In this document: in pieces, positions 62,726 through 64,000 of the stretch
How the letters are laid out: the number at the start of each line of letters is the position of its first letter
How positions within the stretch are numbered: the stretch's first letter is position 1
Source of the DNA: Lepidodermella squamata
Lineage: Eukaryota; Animalia; Gastrotricha
Direction of reading: 5' to 3'
Assembly (NCBI GenBank): GCA_047495785.1
Contig: JBLDXI010000046.1
Coordinates: 372,001 to 436,000 of the forward strand
DNA: 64,000 bases
Notes under the pieces: generated by a model
What the model was told of the DNA's origin: nothing
Databases searched by the model: none
Seen by the model: the letters and a program-made list of their open reading frames with translations, nothing else
Made by a program: the position numbers and the translations under genes

Positions 62726-63670
62726 TGTTCCGTAACCATTGCAGCTCCTGAGTCTTGCATTAACTTGGCGCCGTATTATACTTAGAGCCTGAATGCTTGT
62801 TGTCAAGTATCTGGCTTATTCACTATGGTCAGCAAGCGTATCGCGTCAACAGCCTCGTAAATTAGACCTATTAGTGAAGGGCAAAATAATCTTTCAAGGC
62901 ATAAAACAATCAAATTCAGCCTGGTTTTTTTGAATATACCTCTGGGAAAAATTATTATAAAAACAAGGCTTGAGCGTTTTATTGAAGAGCAGAATCATTT
63001 CTAACCACAATCTTAAAATAGGATTAATTGAATGGAATTAGGGAGAGACACGGCGTTTCCCTGAGACTCAATGTGAAAGACCTCTGATTTTTCTCTGATG
63101 GAACCAGACATGATTGAAAATGAAATAAAATTGATTGTTTTTGACCTTGTTGAACACAATAATAGTTTCAAGTATCGTAGTTAAATCCCATTTATCGATT
63201 TCATGTCACTGCGTCTATTATCAAGCTTTTGATAGGTAAAGCAGCACCAAGTACTGGCCGTGCCGTTTTTTATTCTAAAAATTGAATGAATATGTGGGCG
63301 TGCTTGGATTTTCGAGTATCACGAAATAGCAATTAACCATTTTTTATTGACCATCTCAGTGCAAATATCGATCGGGTATAACCAAAAAAAGGCTCGAACT
63401 CTGAAATTTCATTTTTTCGAATTCACTACTCCTCTTTGCCAAAAAAGAATTCGATAACAAAACAATTGCTTTGTCCGATGGAAAAAATTCCAGCTTAAAA
63501 CTTGTGTATTGTAAACCTTGTTCTTTGCTTGTTTTGCCGAGAAGTACACGGGATGCAGTAGTTTTTATGCTGCGCTCGGTTAAGCACGAATGTATTACAC
63601 TAGCTACGGTGAGCATTAAGTAATAAAAAAGTGAAAGCCAGAGCAACAAAATTACGCATATAATGAAAAT

Positions 63671-64000
63671 ATGTTACAAAAGCTAAAGCATGTAGCTAAA
63701 GCTAGGTTTCGTTTGCTTGTTCTACTATTCGTAAGCCTCGCACTTCTCGTCATCATTCTAGCTGTAATAAACACTTTCTACATCGAGTATGTTGGAGCTC
63801 TGTATCGCAAAATCACCAGCGGTTCTGACTCGCAATCTACGGCAGTTATTTGCCATGACCAGAACGCTCTGAACGAGCAAAGGCGAAAATTTACCTATCA
63901 AGGATGCGGCTCAATTGATAGATGGTTTGACAGCAGAGTCCAAACAAGGGAGAGGGACATCGAAAATGCCAGCCGACTAATTGAAAAGACTCATCTACCG
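63671..64000 (+). CDS. 5' part of a second GT32-like paralog, cut by the window edge
   Basis: Open frame MLQKLK...LLVLLFVSLALLVIILAVI (TM)...EQRRKFTYQGCGSIDRW matches EERRKFKFRGCNSIERW of the gene at 53938. Confidence 0.8.
   Translation, partial: MLQKLKHVAKARFRLLVLLFVSLALLVIILAVINTFYIEYVGALYRKITSGSDSQSTAVICHDQNALNEQRRKFTYQGCGSIDRWFDSRVQTRERDIENASRLIEKTHLP

Overview
Compact eukaryotic genomic window from an invertebrate; the myosin sequence suggests a spiralian, which is inference. Introns are mostly short GT-AG. From left to right: a secreted Cys-repeat/C-type lectin gene; a secreted LamG+4xEGF gene; a 5'-truncated RDH-type SDR carrying an intronic LINE; a Mutator deletion derivative nested in a TA-flanked element; a complete 12-exon striated-muscle-type myosin heavy chain (1953 aa); a tandemly duplicated pair of receptor tyrosine kinases (B1, A1, B2, A2; all minus strand); a GT32 glycosyltransferase; a second LamG-EGF gene; an intronless HD-domain gene; a small secreted prepropeptide; a MACPF-less perforin-2/MPEG1 P2-like membrane protein; and the start of a second GT32. 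The best candidate for an undescribed system is the RTK pair. Both members read as LamG - SEA-like - LamG - catalytically dead trypsin-like domain - TM - tyrosine kinase. A and B lie only 86-89 bp apart in an operon-like layout, were duplicated as a unit, and diverge in patches in the ectodomain. All exon models and domain calls are manual readings; no database search was run.
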